A stretch of DNA of 64,000 bases, from contig NC_059435.1 in assembly GCF_021028975.2 (NCBI RefSeq), positions 38,998,001-39,062,000 on the forward strand, given 5' to 3'. A program made the position numbers and the translations under genes. Under the pieces are notes generated by a model, which did not search any database, was not told where the DNA came from, and was given only the letters and a program-made list of their open reading frames with translations. This document shows positions 1 through 13,140 of the stretch, in pieces; the stretch's first letter is position 1, and the number at the start of each line of letters is the position of its first letter. Source of the stretch: Sphaerodactylus townsendi (taxonomy: Eukaryota).

Positions 1-2089
1 CAAAAAAAAAAAGTTTATGGAAAGATTTAAGTTAGTCTTCTCATGCATTGTTAAGTACTCAGTGAACGCTGGGCAAAATAGAAGCTCCAGTGGTTTATTT
101 AGACAACAGGGAGGTGTTCTTGTTGGTAAGCGAACACAGAACAAAATTGGTGAAAGGGTGTGTTTGCAATTGGCCAAGGAGAATGAGTCATTGAAAAAAT
201 GAAACATGCAGAAACCAAGGCTAATGCCTTCAATATCTACCTTGCAAACTTAGGAGTCAGTCTATGCATGCAATGTGGCAAAGAAAAAACTTGGCTTCCA
301 CAAAGAATCTACAAATGTGGAATTCAGATCTAAGGACATAATCTGCCAGTTTCTTATTCTCTGTTATGATTCCACTCATTTCCATGTACCGCGCTGCCCT
401 GTGTGCGGAATGTGTGTGTGTGTGAGATGATAAATACTTTGCTCAGTTATTTACCATCCTAATTTGCTCAGAGCTTTGCATGGCCTTTTAGCTCATATCC
501 ACAATCTTGGGACTACTTCTTCCAAAAATGGAAATGAAACTTTCATCATCATCATGCAATATTCAGTGCCTTCAGATCTTGCTTGAATGCTCTCCTCCAG
601 GTGTTTCTAGTGCATCCTTACTATTGTTTGGCACTTTAAAACCAAGAAATCAGAATAGTCTGCTTTCAGTTTACCAGACAAGTTCTGGTTACATAGCACC
701 ATGTCAAGTACTTTGTTAGTACCATGAGCTTGCCAGTGTTGTCAAGCTAGCCTAACAATCTGCATACAAGTTTCAGAACTGCTGTTGGTAGATTCCAATT
801 CTACAAGTAAAGCAAGCTGCAGAGAATACTTGCAACCCTAAGGGAGCTTTTCTGGGAGTAAGTACATGGAATAATATGGAGCTTACTTCTAAGCTGATGA
901 CTCTATTCTTTGCAACACTATACCCTGTCTCACCAAAAGAAAAAAATGTAACTTAATTCGCCACATGCTGAACCGGATGATTTAGAATGCTCCGCATGGG
1001 TTCTAGTGCCTACCTAATTCTGTTACCTAATTCTGCTATAGTGGGCAGTAACTTGACATTCAGTTTACAATCTCTTTCAGCTTTCAGTAGAAACCATAAC
1101 TAGAATATCCATACTTTTGTAGTTCATCAATAGTGGGTTTGTTTCCATCTGAAAGAATGAAAGCTGCTTAGGTTTTTCCCTTCAAGGGGTTCCTTCTTTT
1201 TTTTAAAAAAAGGATGACCTTCAACAAGTAGCAGGATTTGTTAAAGAGTCTATAGGGCTTCTATGAAAAGGCCCTTTCCTGATCTCATTGCTGGTTATAC
1301 TGTTTTCAGACCTGAGAGTGGGCAGGAAGAAAAAAGTCTCAGCTCTTCTGCAGCCTCTTTTTTTTTTAAAAAAAGCAAAATATGAAGGCTGTGATAACTC
1401 CATTGAGGTAAATGAAGTGTAAAGGATGAGTCTACTGTGGATTGCATTGTGCAGTTCATGTGATCCAAGAATGCTTTGCCTTTAATGATGTTCTGCAAGA
1501 TTCTCTGAAGACACTGAAAGTGTATGTGCCTTATACCACCTGTGCATGATCCTTCCTCTCTGTGTAGGCTGGCAAGATAAAATTGGGCAGCCATATCTAT
1601 ATTAATTACATGGACAAAACTACATGTGAGGGGGGGGGGTCTGGTTAACTCTTCATCTAGGTGCCATTTTTCCAATAAAAAAAAAAACCCAACTGCTTTT
1701 AGCCCCAGCTGGGGGAGGTGAATAGTTAGTATTATTTCTGTTTCTACTGGGGCTAAAAGCATCTTGAGAGACTATTTACAACCAGGAAAACTGCACCATA
1801 ACCCCAAGCAATAGCAGCCTCCTTCCCTCTCCTGATCCTTTTTGAGCTACAAATCCACATGTTGGATTATTTCCAATGTTGTGACTTGGCCTATAGCTAG
1901 TAAGGAAGCAGGAATAGCAACTGTCAGCAAGAATTTCTGCATCTCTAGATATATAAGGAAGTTTAATGACAAACATCTCCACCACCACCACCCCCTTTAA
2001 AGCAAATATATTTTATTTCATTACCAGATAATGGGCTTGATCTGGCCAGCTTTTTGATTCTATTTTGGCTCATTTCCCTTTGTTACCGT

Positions 2090-2371
2090 GGGCCTTTCCC
2101 CACTCCCATTGTTCCCCTCTATGCCGCGTGCTGCTCCCAGCGCGCAGCATCCCAGGCGCGCGCCCAGCCATCCCCATGACCCCGCGCTCTACGCGGGGCC
2201 ATCAAAAGGCGCCGTTAAGAAGAGCGCCTGGGATGCTGCACGCTGAGGGGTGCGACAGCAGCAGCTTCAGGGCGGCTGTGCTGTCGCCGCCCCTCTCAGT
2301 GGGGAGTGCCGAGGGACCCCGTGCTACTCTCCTCGAGTAGTGCGGGGCTTAAGGTAAGTGGGGAAAGGCCC
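2090..2371. mobile_element. GC-rich PIF/Harbinger-like MITE
   Basis: Perfect 15-bp terminal inverted repeat GGGCCTTTCCCCACT...AGTGGGGAAAGGCCC. Flanks CGT/CAT fit a 3-bp TSD with one CpG-type change. The CpG-rich interior has internal inverted segments. Confidence 0.75.
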
Positions 2372-3949
2372 CATTTCTCATTACTTTTGTCCACACAGGT
2401 CGTATGCTCACAAAATCCCTTTTTGGTAATCAAATGGGAATCTTTTTTCCCTTTTTCACTGGTCGAAAATCTAGCTGGATCCAACTCTCTGGGATTTTTA
2501 ACCAGTATTTATAAAGGCTTGCTATGAATTTCAGCACTGCTACAGGAACCATTTAAACATCTAGATCTGCAGGCCTGTTTTCAGTGCATCTCACCCAGAG
2601 GTATTTAGACTGGGCCCCTTTTGTCTGTTTCTCTAGACCAGCTATCAATTACTTGGGAACTATGCTATTAGAACAGCTCATGTTTATTTTTTTAACAGGT
2701 GTAAACTACCACCCGTGAGTCCTTTTGCATTTAAATTTGAGTGGTTGTTTCTAATTACTAGAAACAATGTTATAATTACCCTTTTTTTAAAAAATGCATC
2801 TTTAGCAGGATTGGGTTTGTGAACAAAATGTATAGTACATCACACCTCTCCCTCCTCCCTTTCCCTTTCTAATTCACTGAATAGCAGACAGATTCATTTA
2901 CTGGCTTGCATGATGTTTCTACCAACAGGAATACGATTGTTAAAAATCTACAGGTGCCCCTAGAAGGTTTTGGCCCTGAAATAAGATAGTACAGAGCTCT
3001 TCCAATCTCCTTCCTTCTAATCAGAGGCATTCATATTTGACCAACAAAAGATCTCCTTGGCATCAAGGGAAAAAGCCACATTTTTTAAAAAGCAACATCA
3101 GTTACTGTGGTAATTAATTCATATAAATTTACCACCTAGCCTCTTTTTTTTTACAGTAACTGGGACACATGAAAAATAATCTGCTTTGGGAAGAATTGCT
3201 AAAGAAAAGGAGGGTTGGAATTCTAAATCGAGCCGTGTGATTGTGTGTTCCAGGAAGCTACGTGTGAGCTCACTTTCGGGAAATAACATTTTACCTTGTA
3301 CTCTTAAAGCTCAAAAACCAGACAAGTATGAACAGTCAAGTTATTTTACTCCCTGAGCCATGCTATTTTTACATTGTTCTGTATTTGGCGAGACTCGGAC
3401 AAGAGTTTTGACACTTTGCTCTCCTCTCCCCTTCATGCTCTTGTATGGTTCCTTCAAGTGAACTGCCCCTGTTACAACTCCAAATGTCAATTTTAATACC
3501 AAAGTCACTTTTTAGAAATCCTAGTTATTTGAGCAACAGGACTCCTTTCTTTAATCCAGCTAAGAAGTTTGAACAGGGAATGCATGAGACCTTACAAACA
3601 GACTTAAAATGTTCTTTTCAGGACAGACCCACTGCAACTTTATGTTGTATGTCTGGCTCTCTGATTTGGGAGATGTAGCATTCAGACCCATTAGTGGATA
3701 TTTGTTACAATTCTTATTCCCATTCAAAATAATTCTAGCATCCACATCTACGTCGTACTAAGCACTACACAATTCCCTGCGCCCTCCAAAAGCAGGAGGC
3801 AAGAATGTACAGTGATAATGATATTCTCGGGGACACGGTCCTCTTTGCAAACTGTAATGCCATGGCAATGTGCTGGGAAAGAACTGGAAGGGCGACTTGT
3901 TTGCTTCTTCTTTGTGTCCTAAGCTAAGCTCTCATTACACATTCGCACT

Positions 3950-4680
3950 GTTCCGGAGTCGTTGCTGCCCTTCCCCTGCAACAGGTCAAGGTGCAGGCCT
4001 TCCTCCTCCTCGTGTTCTCCCAGAAGTGAGGCGGAGAAGGGGAGGATTTCCCTCCTCCGATAGCTCGCCCCGCAACTCCCGGTCACGCAAGGTGCAAAGG
4101 CGGCCCTCTCCGGCTGGAGCCAAGGCGACTGTTTCCAAAGCGCTTTCTCATTCGGGAGGCGGCGACTGCTGCTGCAAGAAGCAGTTCCTCCTGCAATCGA
4201 GCCGCAGCTCCCCGAGGTGCAAAGGAGACGGGAGGCCCCGCCCCGGGGGCGGTCACGGGCACGGCGCCTCCTCTCCAGGGAGCGCAGCGGGGGCTCCTCC
4301 TCCTCCCCTCTCGAACAGCTGCTGGGGGCTTTCGGCGAGCAACGTGGCGCGAGCCTTGCGCTTCTCTTTGAAGCGGCCCGAGCGCGAGATGCGCAGGTTC
4401 CTGCGGCTGCCGCTGCCCAAGTTGGGGGGCTGCGGGGTCTCCAGCGAGTCCGAGGGGTTGGGCGGGGCGAGGGGCGGCTCCGAGGGGTGGGGCGGCGTTC
4501 GGGGAGCTCCTGGCGCGGCCGCCGGTGCCTCTTTGGCCTTTTTGCGGGAGGTCAGCGATTTCCACCACGTGCCTGACGAGCCGCTTTTGCCGCCGGGCCC
4601 GCTCGAGGGGGCGGCTGCTGCCGCGCTCTCAGCCATCTTTTACGCACCCTTCTCTAGGTCGGGGCTGCCAGGGTCCTGGA
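3950..4680. promoter_or_regulatory. CpG island over the PRR15 coding exon
   Basis: Visibly high GC and CpG density against an AT-rich, CpG-depleted background. Boundaries are approximate. Confidence 0.75.
4253..4636 (-). CDS. PRR15: Proline-rich protein 15 (single coding exon, 127 aa)
   Basis: The ORF has the family motifs [15 protein letters not shown] and [27 protein letters not shown] with a Pro-rich middle. Start context is AAGATGG. An acceptor (tttcctttcctccag|) opens the exon at 4675, 39 nt above the ATG. It lies directly downstream of CHN2 on the same strand, as in mammals. Confidence 0.93.
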   Translation of the reverse strand: MAESAAAAAPSSGPGGKSGSSGTWWKSLTSRKKAKEAPAAAPGAPRTPPHPSEPPLAPPNPSDSLETPQPPNLGSGSRRNLRISRSGRFKEKRKARATLLAESPQQLFERGGGGAPAALPGEEAPCP

Positions 4681-7600
4681 GGAAAGGAAAGAAAGTAAGG
4701 AGCTTGGGCATCTTTGTACCCAGGCCCGACTTAGGCACAGAGAAAGGTCTCGGAAGGGCAACATTTCCAGTTGCCAACCCACCTCCCCCAATACCCCAGG
4801 GAAACTGTCCACTAGGCTTGTCATTGCTCCCCATCAGCAGAAGACACACAAAAGCTGCAGCTGGGATGGGACTTCCTTGGCCCAAGGGGAAGATTGCAGA
4901 CAAGATGCGACCTGGGCGCCTTTGAAAAATAAAATCTCTCCTTCAGACACTTTGCACAGTTCACTGAGTGCTCTGTTTGTGGTCATATTCTTCTCGCATG
5001 GCTATTTTTACTTTCAGTTCATTTGAGTTTCAGCTTCTCCCGATCCAGTTCCCAGCCTTCTCCCCTGAAGTCTTTTCTTGATTGTGACAAACTTTTCGAG
5101 TATAAATAATCGAGGCCTAGTAGTTCTTTGCTTGAACTTTTCATGGCCACTGCAAACCACTCAGTGAAAGCAAGAAAGAAAACAGAGCAGCTTTAAGATT
5201 CCCCAAGGAGGGAGCATGAAGAAACAGAAAGATAACCAAGAACGGTACCTTCCTTGCTTGGTCGACCCTGCCAGTTGAGTCAAGAGTATAGGGCTGGGTA
5301 AAGACACTCTAAAAGGCCCAAAATATAATAAGTTGTAATCTCTGTAGATGAAGTCATTTATAATGATTGCAACTCGTTATATGGTAAATATGCTGTGTGG
5401 AATCCACCTGTGTCAAGTTTAAGAGGGCTCATAGCACTATCAAAGAAAAGGTCATACTAGAAATTTAGCATGCTTTTAAATGTGTAGGTTCTTCATAATT
5501 CGAGGCCTAAACGATTGTCTTCTTAGCTAGTGTATGAATCTGGCCCTGTTTAAAATGAATTGGCATGCTGTCTTTTGGCAAGCCAGACACCAACAGGAAA
5601 GGATTTTGTTGCCTACTGAATTCAGTTTCTAGCTGCATGGATGAGCTGAATTTCTTGCTGCTAAATGCAGCAATCTGAAAACTAAGGTCTACAGGTCTTA
5701 TTTATGCACTTCACCAAAGGATGCAGCTATTCTCAGGGGTCGATGATTCACAATCACATCCCCACTACTGTTGCTCACTTTGTTGCACAAACTTGGCTGT
5801 GCCTGTGGGGTTCATTGGGGAAAAAAAAGATTTGTTTCCATTCCTAAAATCACAGCACTTATAAAAACTACATAAACTTGAATTCATCTGGAGTGTTGGA
5901 GGGTTAAAACCTTTCCACACCGCATTGTCTTCTTTTGTACTAGTGAAATCATTAGCAACAGTTAAATCTCTCCAAGATTGACAAAGCAACCAGGAATTCA
6001 GTTGCTTAGCACAATCCATGAAAAGCCTTTTTTGGTTAGGCTTGTGGTATTTCCAGTACACTGATTTTCTGACCCAGCAGTCTCTTGATAAGTCCAGCTA
6101 CAACTGAACTCTTGCAGAGAAGTCCACAACCATGTCTCTGAGTTAGCTGAGTGAAGTTAACATTTTAATTTTCCTGGGTTGGGAATTTTGTGTTGGTATG
6201 TCACAACTGTCAAAACAAAGAACTTCAGTTTTAGACTAAAACATCGGGCTGCAATTTTAAACCCGCTAAGCAGTAAGTCTTATGGGGACCTTCTCATGCA
6301 AGCAGGCTTCAGGCTGTTCTATAAGCCAGGTAATAGCAAACACTTTTAAGGGCAATATACTCTGAGTCGGACTGAAAACCTAAATATCCTCTAGGTTCAT
6401 TTCAGTATGCTCCCTGTAACCAGTGGTACAGAGACAGTTCACATTCTTGAATGTTCTGTGTTTATTTTAAATATGCTTCTTGATAGTCTGCAAACACCTC
6501 TGATAGGGAATATTTCCATCTCTGTCCTGGTATTTGCTTGTGCTTCTGCAGATCAGATAGCATGTCACCTTTGCTTTGCTGAATCAGAGCTCTGCCTGGT
6601 TTCAATGATAATTTGGCCAATGTCCCAGCAGCTTCAGAAGCAAAGCATGGTGGCCATGATCATCCTTGATTGTCCCCCTGAACTGTTAAAAAATCAGTTG
6701 TAACCTGTCTTTTGTCATAAATGCTCTATTCAGATTTCATGGGTACGTGAAATGAATTGATTTATTGAGTACTGGGAGACTGCCTTCAGTTTGGGGAACT
6801 GTCAAGTATTCTTTTTAGCCCTATCAGTCTGCAAGTTTGGCTTTTAAAACTCTCATCCACTTCAATTTTGTGCTCTCGGGTTCAGCCACGGTCTCAAGTG
6901 ATTCTCTTTCCTGCACTTGCACACACTACGATTGGTTCAGTGAGTTTGCTTTAATGTGTTGTTAAGAATCAAAAACAGCTCCTGTGCCACTTACAAGATT
7001 GCGAAACTTCACAAAAACTTTCAGAAGAACAAAAATTCGTAGTCATTTTTTAAAACAATCCTGATAGCCAGGCTTAAACAAATGGTATTGCATCTTCAGG
7101 TTTGTACTGAAGACTAGAACATCCCTTTTGAAGGGCTTCCTGCTATGACTGTGAAGGCAGACGCCCTTGCTACACTGAAGGATGAAGAGTTGGAGGGGGG
7201 GGGGGGAGCAGATTTCACCAACACAGATGAGAGTATTGAAGTACAAGGGGGATCACTGAGCAGCATGGAATACATTAGACAGCTGTAAGGAACAGAATGA
7301 GGTGGGTAAAAGGAAAAGAGACAGAATGCTATTGGAGCTAGCAGCAGTGAGATCCTGTTATTTCATAGTGAAGGCAAAATCCTCACTGCTGGGATGTTTG
7401 CTTCCCTGGGCACAGCAGGCATGTAGCCAAAGGGCTATTGATGCATCTGTGCTGCCCAAGCAAACCAGGCAGGTGCAACAGGGACATCCGTAGATGCAAC
7501 AGGGACATCACTCATCTGGCAGCCCAACTGGTTTGAAAGTTTAAAATAAGGTGAGCCAGAGAAAGTTTTCAGTTCAAAAAGCGACAGCATGGCACACCCT

Positions 7601-7949
7601 CCAGGGCTCCCTCAAGACACCAAGTAGACCGGGAGAAGGCTTTAGGTGGTGGCTTTCTACCTACCACGCAGACATTCAGTGCACTGCCCAGGACTCGAGT
7701 GTGCCACCCATCCAACCTCTGGCCCTCAGGAATAACTCCGAGATTGCAGCCGAGTCCTCTTTACACTGCAGCAGCCATAAGCCGCCTATGGGACTACCCG
7801 AGGTAGAAGCCTAGCTCTGCTCAAGCCCCCGTGAGCTGTCACCAAAGGGATGCTGATAGATTTCCCCTCTCTTCCACTGCCCCCCCCCCCACACACACTT
7901 TAAACTCAAGTGGAGAAAGTTTTTCAGTACGCCTCCATCTCTTTCTTCG

Positions 7950-8620
7950 AGGACACTGTGGAGGGCTCAGAAGCCAGGAGGAAGGAGACCACCGGGGGCG
8001 AGCGCGCGTCCGTCTCCTCTGGGGTGGCGAAGAGGGTGGGGGAGAAATCTGCGGCAGGAGCGCGCTCCTGGTGGGCACCTGCCTGTTGAAGAAAAGCCAA
8101 GCCGCGCGCTCTCACCCACCTGTTGGCCGCAGGAGCTGGGGTCGTCAATCCATCCCGTAGCCCCAGCTGGAAGCGGCGTTAGCTGGACTTGCTCCGGGGA
8201 ACTCCTCGCTACCGCAGCAACAGGCTGCCGCGCAGAACTAGCCCAGGAGAACTAGCCCTTTCCGGCGCCCGCCCGCTCCTCCTCAGAACTGTCGCAGGTG
8301 GCACACACACTTCTGCAACTTGGGCAGCCCCTCTGCCTCTAGCCAGTTTAGCTTGGCTGTTTCCAGGGGCTACTAGAAGCACCTGGGAAAAGGCACCGGC
8401 CGTCTAAGGGAAACACTTTTCTTTCCTCAACTTTAATTTTTTTTTACAAATGTCACCCGCCCGAGTCACTTTCTTCTGAGGTCCGACCTGTATACCTGAT
8501 ACTGGGAAAACAAGGAATCAGGTGTCGGTAAGCTCCTGAGAGAACCCCCGCCCTTTCTTCTGCTGCCTAATTGGGATTGGTTCCTATGGAATGGAAGCTT
8601 AGCATGGATTGGCTCAGGAG
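7950..8620 (-). promoter_or_regulatory. Probable PRR15 promoter and non-coding first exon (CpG island)
   Basis: CpG-rich stretch without TE hallmarks. Strong minus-strand donor CAG|GTGGGT (exon end 8120), GC boxes at about 8266-8276 and 8546-8553, and CCAAT boxes at 8575-8580 and 8607-8612. The TSS cannot be determined from sequence. Confidence 0.6.
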
Positions 8621-10730
8621 TGGGAAAAGTGGCAGCACCGTATAAATCAATAGGCAAGGAGAGATGCAGGCAGCAGGGTACAACTTTTTCTTTTTGTCTC
8701 CACCAGTTCAATTTGGATGGTGGCCATTCAGTACAACTTGGCTTTCTTCCTTCCTCCTGGGCTGATTTCCTTGTAACGCTGTCATGGGTTCTTTCCACCT
8801 CTGCCAGTCTTGCTGCCCATGTGACTATTCTGTTGGCAGGAAGAAGGAGAGAGTGCCAGGCAGAGCTGCTCTCCAAGGCTATATAAATAGCCTGGCTTAT
8901 TTTGCCATTCATATGCTACGGATCTTTCTGTTGTTCATTGTTTTAGTCTGATTCTTGTCACTTAGGTTTGCAGTTTGGATTCTACCTGTGGGATCATAAG
9001 GGTTGCCAGATCCTGGTTTGGAAATACCTGAAGATTTTTTTTGGGGGCGGGGGGTGGAGCCTGAGGAAGCCAGGGTTTTAGGAGGGGAGGGAGGGGGAGG
9101 CATCCATGAATACTTATATCTTTTTTAAAAAACTGCCAGTGCTCATTTTGGCAGGAACATGAAGTCATATTCAGCTGGGAGATATATACACACTGGTGCC
9201 CTGAGTTATTATTTATGAAATAATACAGACTTCCTGAGAAAACTACAGTCACTTAGTGACCTTCTTGAAAACTCCATTCCATGGAATCCTTAGACAGCAG
9301 CATTACAGACAAAGATGGGATATAAGCCATCAGGAATGTCATCTTTGACGAAGCCACAGCACTTCTGGTTGTTGAGTTTTGTGACTTTGTCTTTACCTAC
9401 AACAATATCAGTTTTGAGAAAATTTTGTATCTTCAAATCAATAGCATATCCATAAAAAAACCCGTGTTTCCACATTTGTAACAGATTTAAAACAATTCTT
9501 TTTCAACACCTGTCTTGAAATCCTCCCTTGTGATATTAATGTGACATTAATAATCCAAACTGGGAAAGGAAATATTCCTTTAGAACTATAATGGCTTCCC
9601 TCTAGACCAGTCCATGATCTGCAGCCCGTTTCTGCAACACCTCACAAAAAGCAGATTAATTTAGTGCTTAAGCAGATTTGATGAAGACCACAGCTACCTG
9701 CCTGGTTTATGCATAAAATCTTAATTGCAGGCTCATTAACCCTCAGTTTACCAGAAGGCCATGAAGGAAAAGGGGGTCCAATTCTTTGACTTGAACTTAA
9801 TTTCACTTTTTGAAATATGTTCTTTCATTTTGGTATTAGAGTTTAAAAAGAAAAAAACATATTTTACCCTCTAAAATACTAATAGCAAAGCTGTGGGAAT
9901 GGTTTTGAATAGTGAAACTGAGTAGAGCTAAAAGGGTTAAACCCTTTTTTGCATACCTGGACAGCCCCGAAGCAAATTAAGGGTTCATCATCTGCCTGCA
10001 ACCTCTCCTTTATGTGAGCCCACAGCTATTCATCGGGATTTGAGAACTGTGTACATAGGGAAAAAAGCTGAGCGCTTGCGGTAGGAAATTATAGTCATTA
10101 TATGTATTGTGTGTGTAGATCTAGGATGTTGTAAAAAGACACTGGAGACCTTTCTGAACCTGAAAGTTCAGCACAAATCTGTTGTAGGATTTCACATAGA
10201 CTTCTTTGAAGTTGCGTGAAAAATTAGTTAAAGGCAAAGATGTCCCATCCTGTTAATGGCTCTTTTAAAAGTCTTGATTTATTTACCTTTGGTTCCTGGA
10301 TCATCATGGGTTTAAGGTTTCATGATGCAGTAGAGAATACAAGAAAGGCACACCTGGTTTGTGTTTAGTCAGAGTACAAATTAAAGTCCACAATATGACC
10401 AACATGGTCACATTGTAGTAAGTCAGATAATGGATCCCTTCCCTGTGTTTCACAAACACAGAAGTGGACAATCACAATACCATAACTTTTTAGAAACTTA
10501 GGACATGCAAGCCACTTTTGGAGTAGAGATGTGAATGATATGCCACCTCCCTGTATCTAGATCTCCACCCTCCTATCTCAAAACTATCCTATTTTTGTGT
10601 AGCATGGAATTTCTATAGTATAGTTGCTCAGGAATACCATGTCTTGTTATTCAGATGCTTGAAAACTTAAGTTATATGTTTTAACACACACACAGCCATA
10701 TAAAGAGAAAGGAAAATAAAAAGGGACTAC

Positions 10731-11168
10731 CAGCCCAATCGGGGTGGGTGGGGGCTGGGCTGAAATTGCTGATAGAGGAAGTGCAGAGCTATGCCTCTCT
10801 GGGGCACTTACCCTGGAAGAGGGACAAATCCACCAGAGGGCAGTTGCCACAGCCTTCAACAGCAGGCAGAACTGGTACATAGCACTGTGTCAGTACTCCT
10901 GAGCCTCCACAGCAGGGGCATGCCGAAGGCATGGCTAGGGCGGTGGAGCCAACAGTAATAGGCTTCCACCCAGCCTTCTCAAGCCAGGATGCTGGCGCCA
11001 GGAGTTTTTGGTGGTGTAAGCCCATTGAGCCCAATGGAGGGCTGCTCGGCAGTGCAGACTTTGTTTTTGTATCTAGCTTCCCCATGCTGCCAAGAAACCC
11101 TCCTGGAGGTGCCAGGACAGCACTGAAGTGGTGCTGCGGCCCACTGCCAGGGGCTCTGGATTGGGCTG
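10731..11168. mobile_element. Non-autonomous TIR element (MITE), superfamily uncertain
   Basis: Perfect 10-bp TIR CAGCCCAATC...GATTGGGCTG around a GC-richer interior. No clear TSD. Confidence 0.55.
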
Positions 11169-11389
11169 CTCATTTTTTGGACTACGTACTATATCTTTTC
11201 TTCAATATCTGCATTTTACATCAAAGTTGAGGGACAGCAAAGGTAATGATAGCAAAATGTAGCATTTAATACCACTAGTTAACTGGACACACACACACAC
11301 ACACAAAACTTGAACTCTGGTCAAATGTGGGAAGTGACTGAATGAATGATGTCCAAATACTTGCTATTAAAAATCTCAGTAATCTGAAG

Positions 11390-11575
11390 CATGGAATTAC
11401 AGAGTTGGAAAGAATCCCAAGGATCATCTAGTCCAACCCCATGCACAATTCAGGAGATTCAATCACCCCACACACCCCAAATGACCCCTACTTCATGCTC
11501 AGAAGATGGCCAACAAAATAAAAATCCTCTAGGGTTCCTGGCCAATGTGGCCTGGAGGAAAATTGCTTCGTGATC
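11390..11575 (-). mobile_element. CR1-type LINE 3' fragment, degenerate
   Basis: The sequence agagttggaa...cccaagg.tcatctagtccaacccc.tgca resembles the reverse complement of the CR1 3' end at 48325-48570. Confidence 0.55.
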
Positions 11576-11604
11576 TGAAGTACTTTTACCTTTTAAGATT
11601 TTCT

Positions 11605-12970
11605 ATTTCTTGGCTCCATCATCAACCAAAAGGGAGACTGCAACCAGGAAATCAGAAGGAGATTGAGACTATGAATGGCCACCAGGAAGGAGCTAGAAAA
11701 GATTCTTAAGTGCAAGGATGTGTCATTGTCAACCACAATTAAGTTAATTCATGCCATAGTGTTCCCTAATACTATTTTTGGGGTGTAAAAGGGCGACAAT
11801 GAAGAAAGCTTTATTTTCACTGGAAAAGGTCTTAATCAGGGTTCATGAATGGTGGTTGAAAACAAAAAGCAAGATTTCCAGCCACTTTTAAGCCTTTACT
11901 TGGAATGTAAAACATTAGGAGCTTGCTTGAGGACTAGGTGTCATGTGTCAAGGCTTTCTAATGTCCATTTGTAAGAACTGTAAAAGTTGATTTTCTGATG
12001 AAGACATTGAAACAGGTTCTTGTCCGGATACTGAATTATGATGAATTCTGAGTGAGACCTTTAACAGTCCAAGTAAAGGCTCAAAACCCCCTGAAAAATC
12101 TCATTTTTCGTTTTGATTACCATACATGAACCCTCATTAAGACCTTCTCCAATCAAAATAAAGATATACAAGCAGCTGGATCAAACATTTGTCAACTTCT
12201 TTTTCACGGCATATCAGCATGGCTTTGATTTATTGTTTAAAGCTTATGCCATGTTTCCCTTGTTTCGTTTGTTCAATGAAGAATGCTGACAAGAAGAAAG
12301 TAGATTCCACTGAAATGTGGAGGAGGAGAGTTTACAGATACTATGGACTGCCAAAAAGACACATATATAAGTTCTAGATCAAATCAAGCCTGAACTGTCT
12401 AGAAGCTAAAATGACTAAACTGAAGCTATTATACTTTGGTCACATTATGAGAAGAAAAGATTCATTGGTAAAGATAGTAATGTTAGGAAAAGTTGAAGGA
12501 AGCAGGAAAAAGGAAAACCTGATGTGAGATGGTTTGACTCTATAAAGGAAGCCGTGCCCCTCAGTTTGCAAGAACTGAGCAAGGCTGTTAACAATATAAC
12601 ATTTTGGAGGACAGCGGCCTTTTCTGCACAGGACAATTATAACATCTTACAAATGTTATTTAAAAAGCGGGTGGGAGAAATCAGGCGGGAGAAATAGGAC
12701 ATTTCCTGCCTGCTTTGTTCGCCCAGGGCAAGCGGAAAATGTCTTCAACCCAGCTTGGAGAAAAAAGATTGCTTGTTTAGTGATTTTTGAAAAACCCAGG
12801 TTGAGAAAAATAAAACAACATGAAAACATTTTGGGGGAGAGAGCTGTGCAAATATTCTCCCCAAAACACTTTTGAAAATGCCCTCAAGACACTATAATTG
12901 TGCTGTGAGGAAAAGGGAACTGATTCATAGGATCGTCATGAGTTGGAAGTGCCCTGACAGCACTTAACAC
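11605..12970 (+). mobile_element. RTE/BovB-like LINE 3' portion, interrupted by two insertions
   Basis: Degenerate RTE ORF C-terminal remnant (MKNADKKKVDSTEMW..., then ggtcacattatgagaaga) and an RTE-like tail (gattcataggatcgtcatgagttggaag...gacagcacttaacac). Confidence 0.75.
12616..12917. mobile_element. Harbinger-like MITE nested in the RTE 3' end
   Basis: Imperfect TIR ccttttctgcacaggacaattata...tataattgtgctgtgaggaaaagg. RTE sequence continues on both sides. Confidence 0.6.
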
Positions 12971-13134
12971 CTTTATACCTTAATTGCAGTTGCGTCTGAA
13001 AAATGCAGGTTTTTTTGTAAAGAAAATTTGCTATGTATAAAATATATGCAGTTCTAAAAATATACAAAAGATATAGATAAACCAGGAGATTGGGGGTTGT
13101 TAGCAGTGAAAAACACAGACAAGAACTCAACACA

Positions 13135-13140
13135 TTTAAT
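13135..13140 (-). terminator. Candidate distal CHN2 polyadenylation signal (ATTAAA)
   Basis: Minus strand reads ATTAAA followed by GU/U-rich tgtgttgagttcttgtctgtgttttt. It sits at the end of a long AU-rich, repeat-poor stretch and just before the repeat-dense intergenic DNA. Confidence 0.45.

Noticed and set aside
4083-4576. Alternative-frame ORFs overlapping PRR15 (161 aa minus, 119 aa plus)
   Set aside because: Both have non-ATG starts and are GC-content artefacts. Only the 4253-4636 frame carries family motifs.
3870-4925. 351-aa plus-strand ORF, the longest in the track
   Set aside because: It is antisense to PRR15 across a GC-rich island where stops are scarce, starts at GTG, is low complexity and has no recognisable domain.
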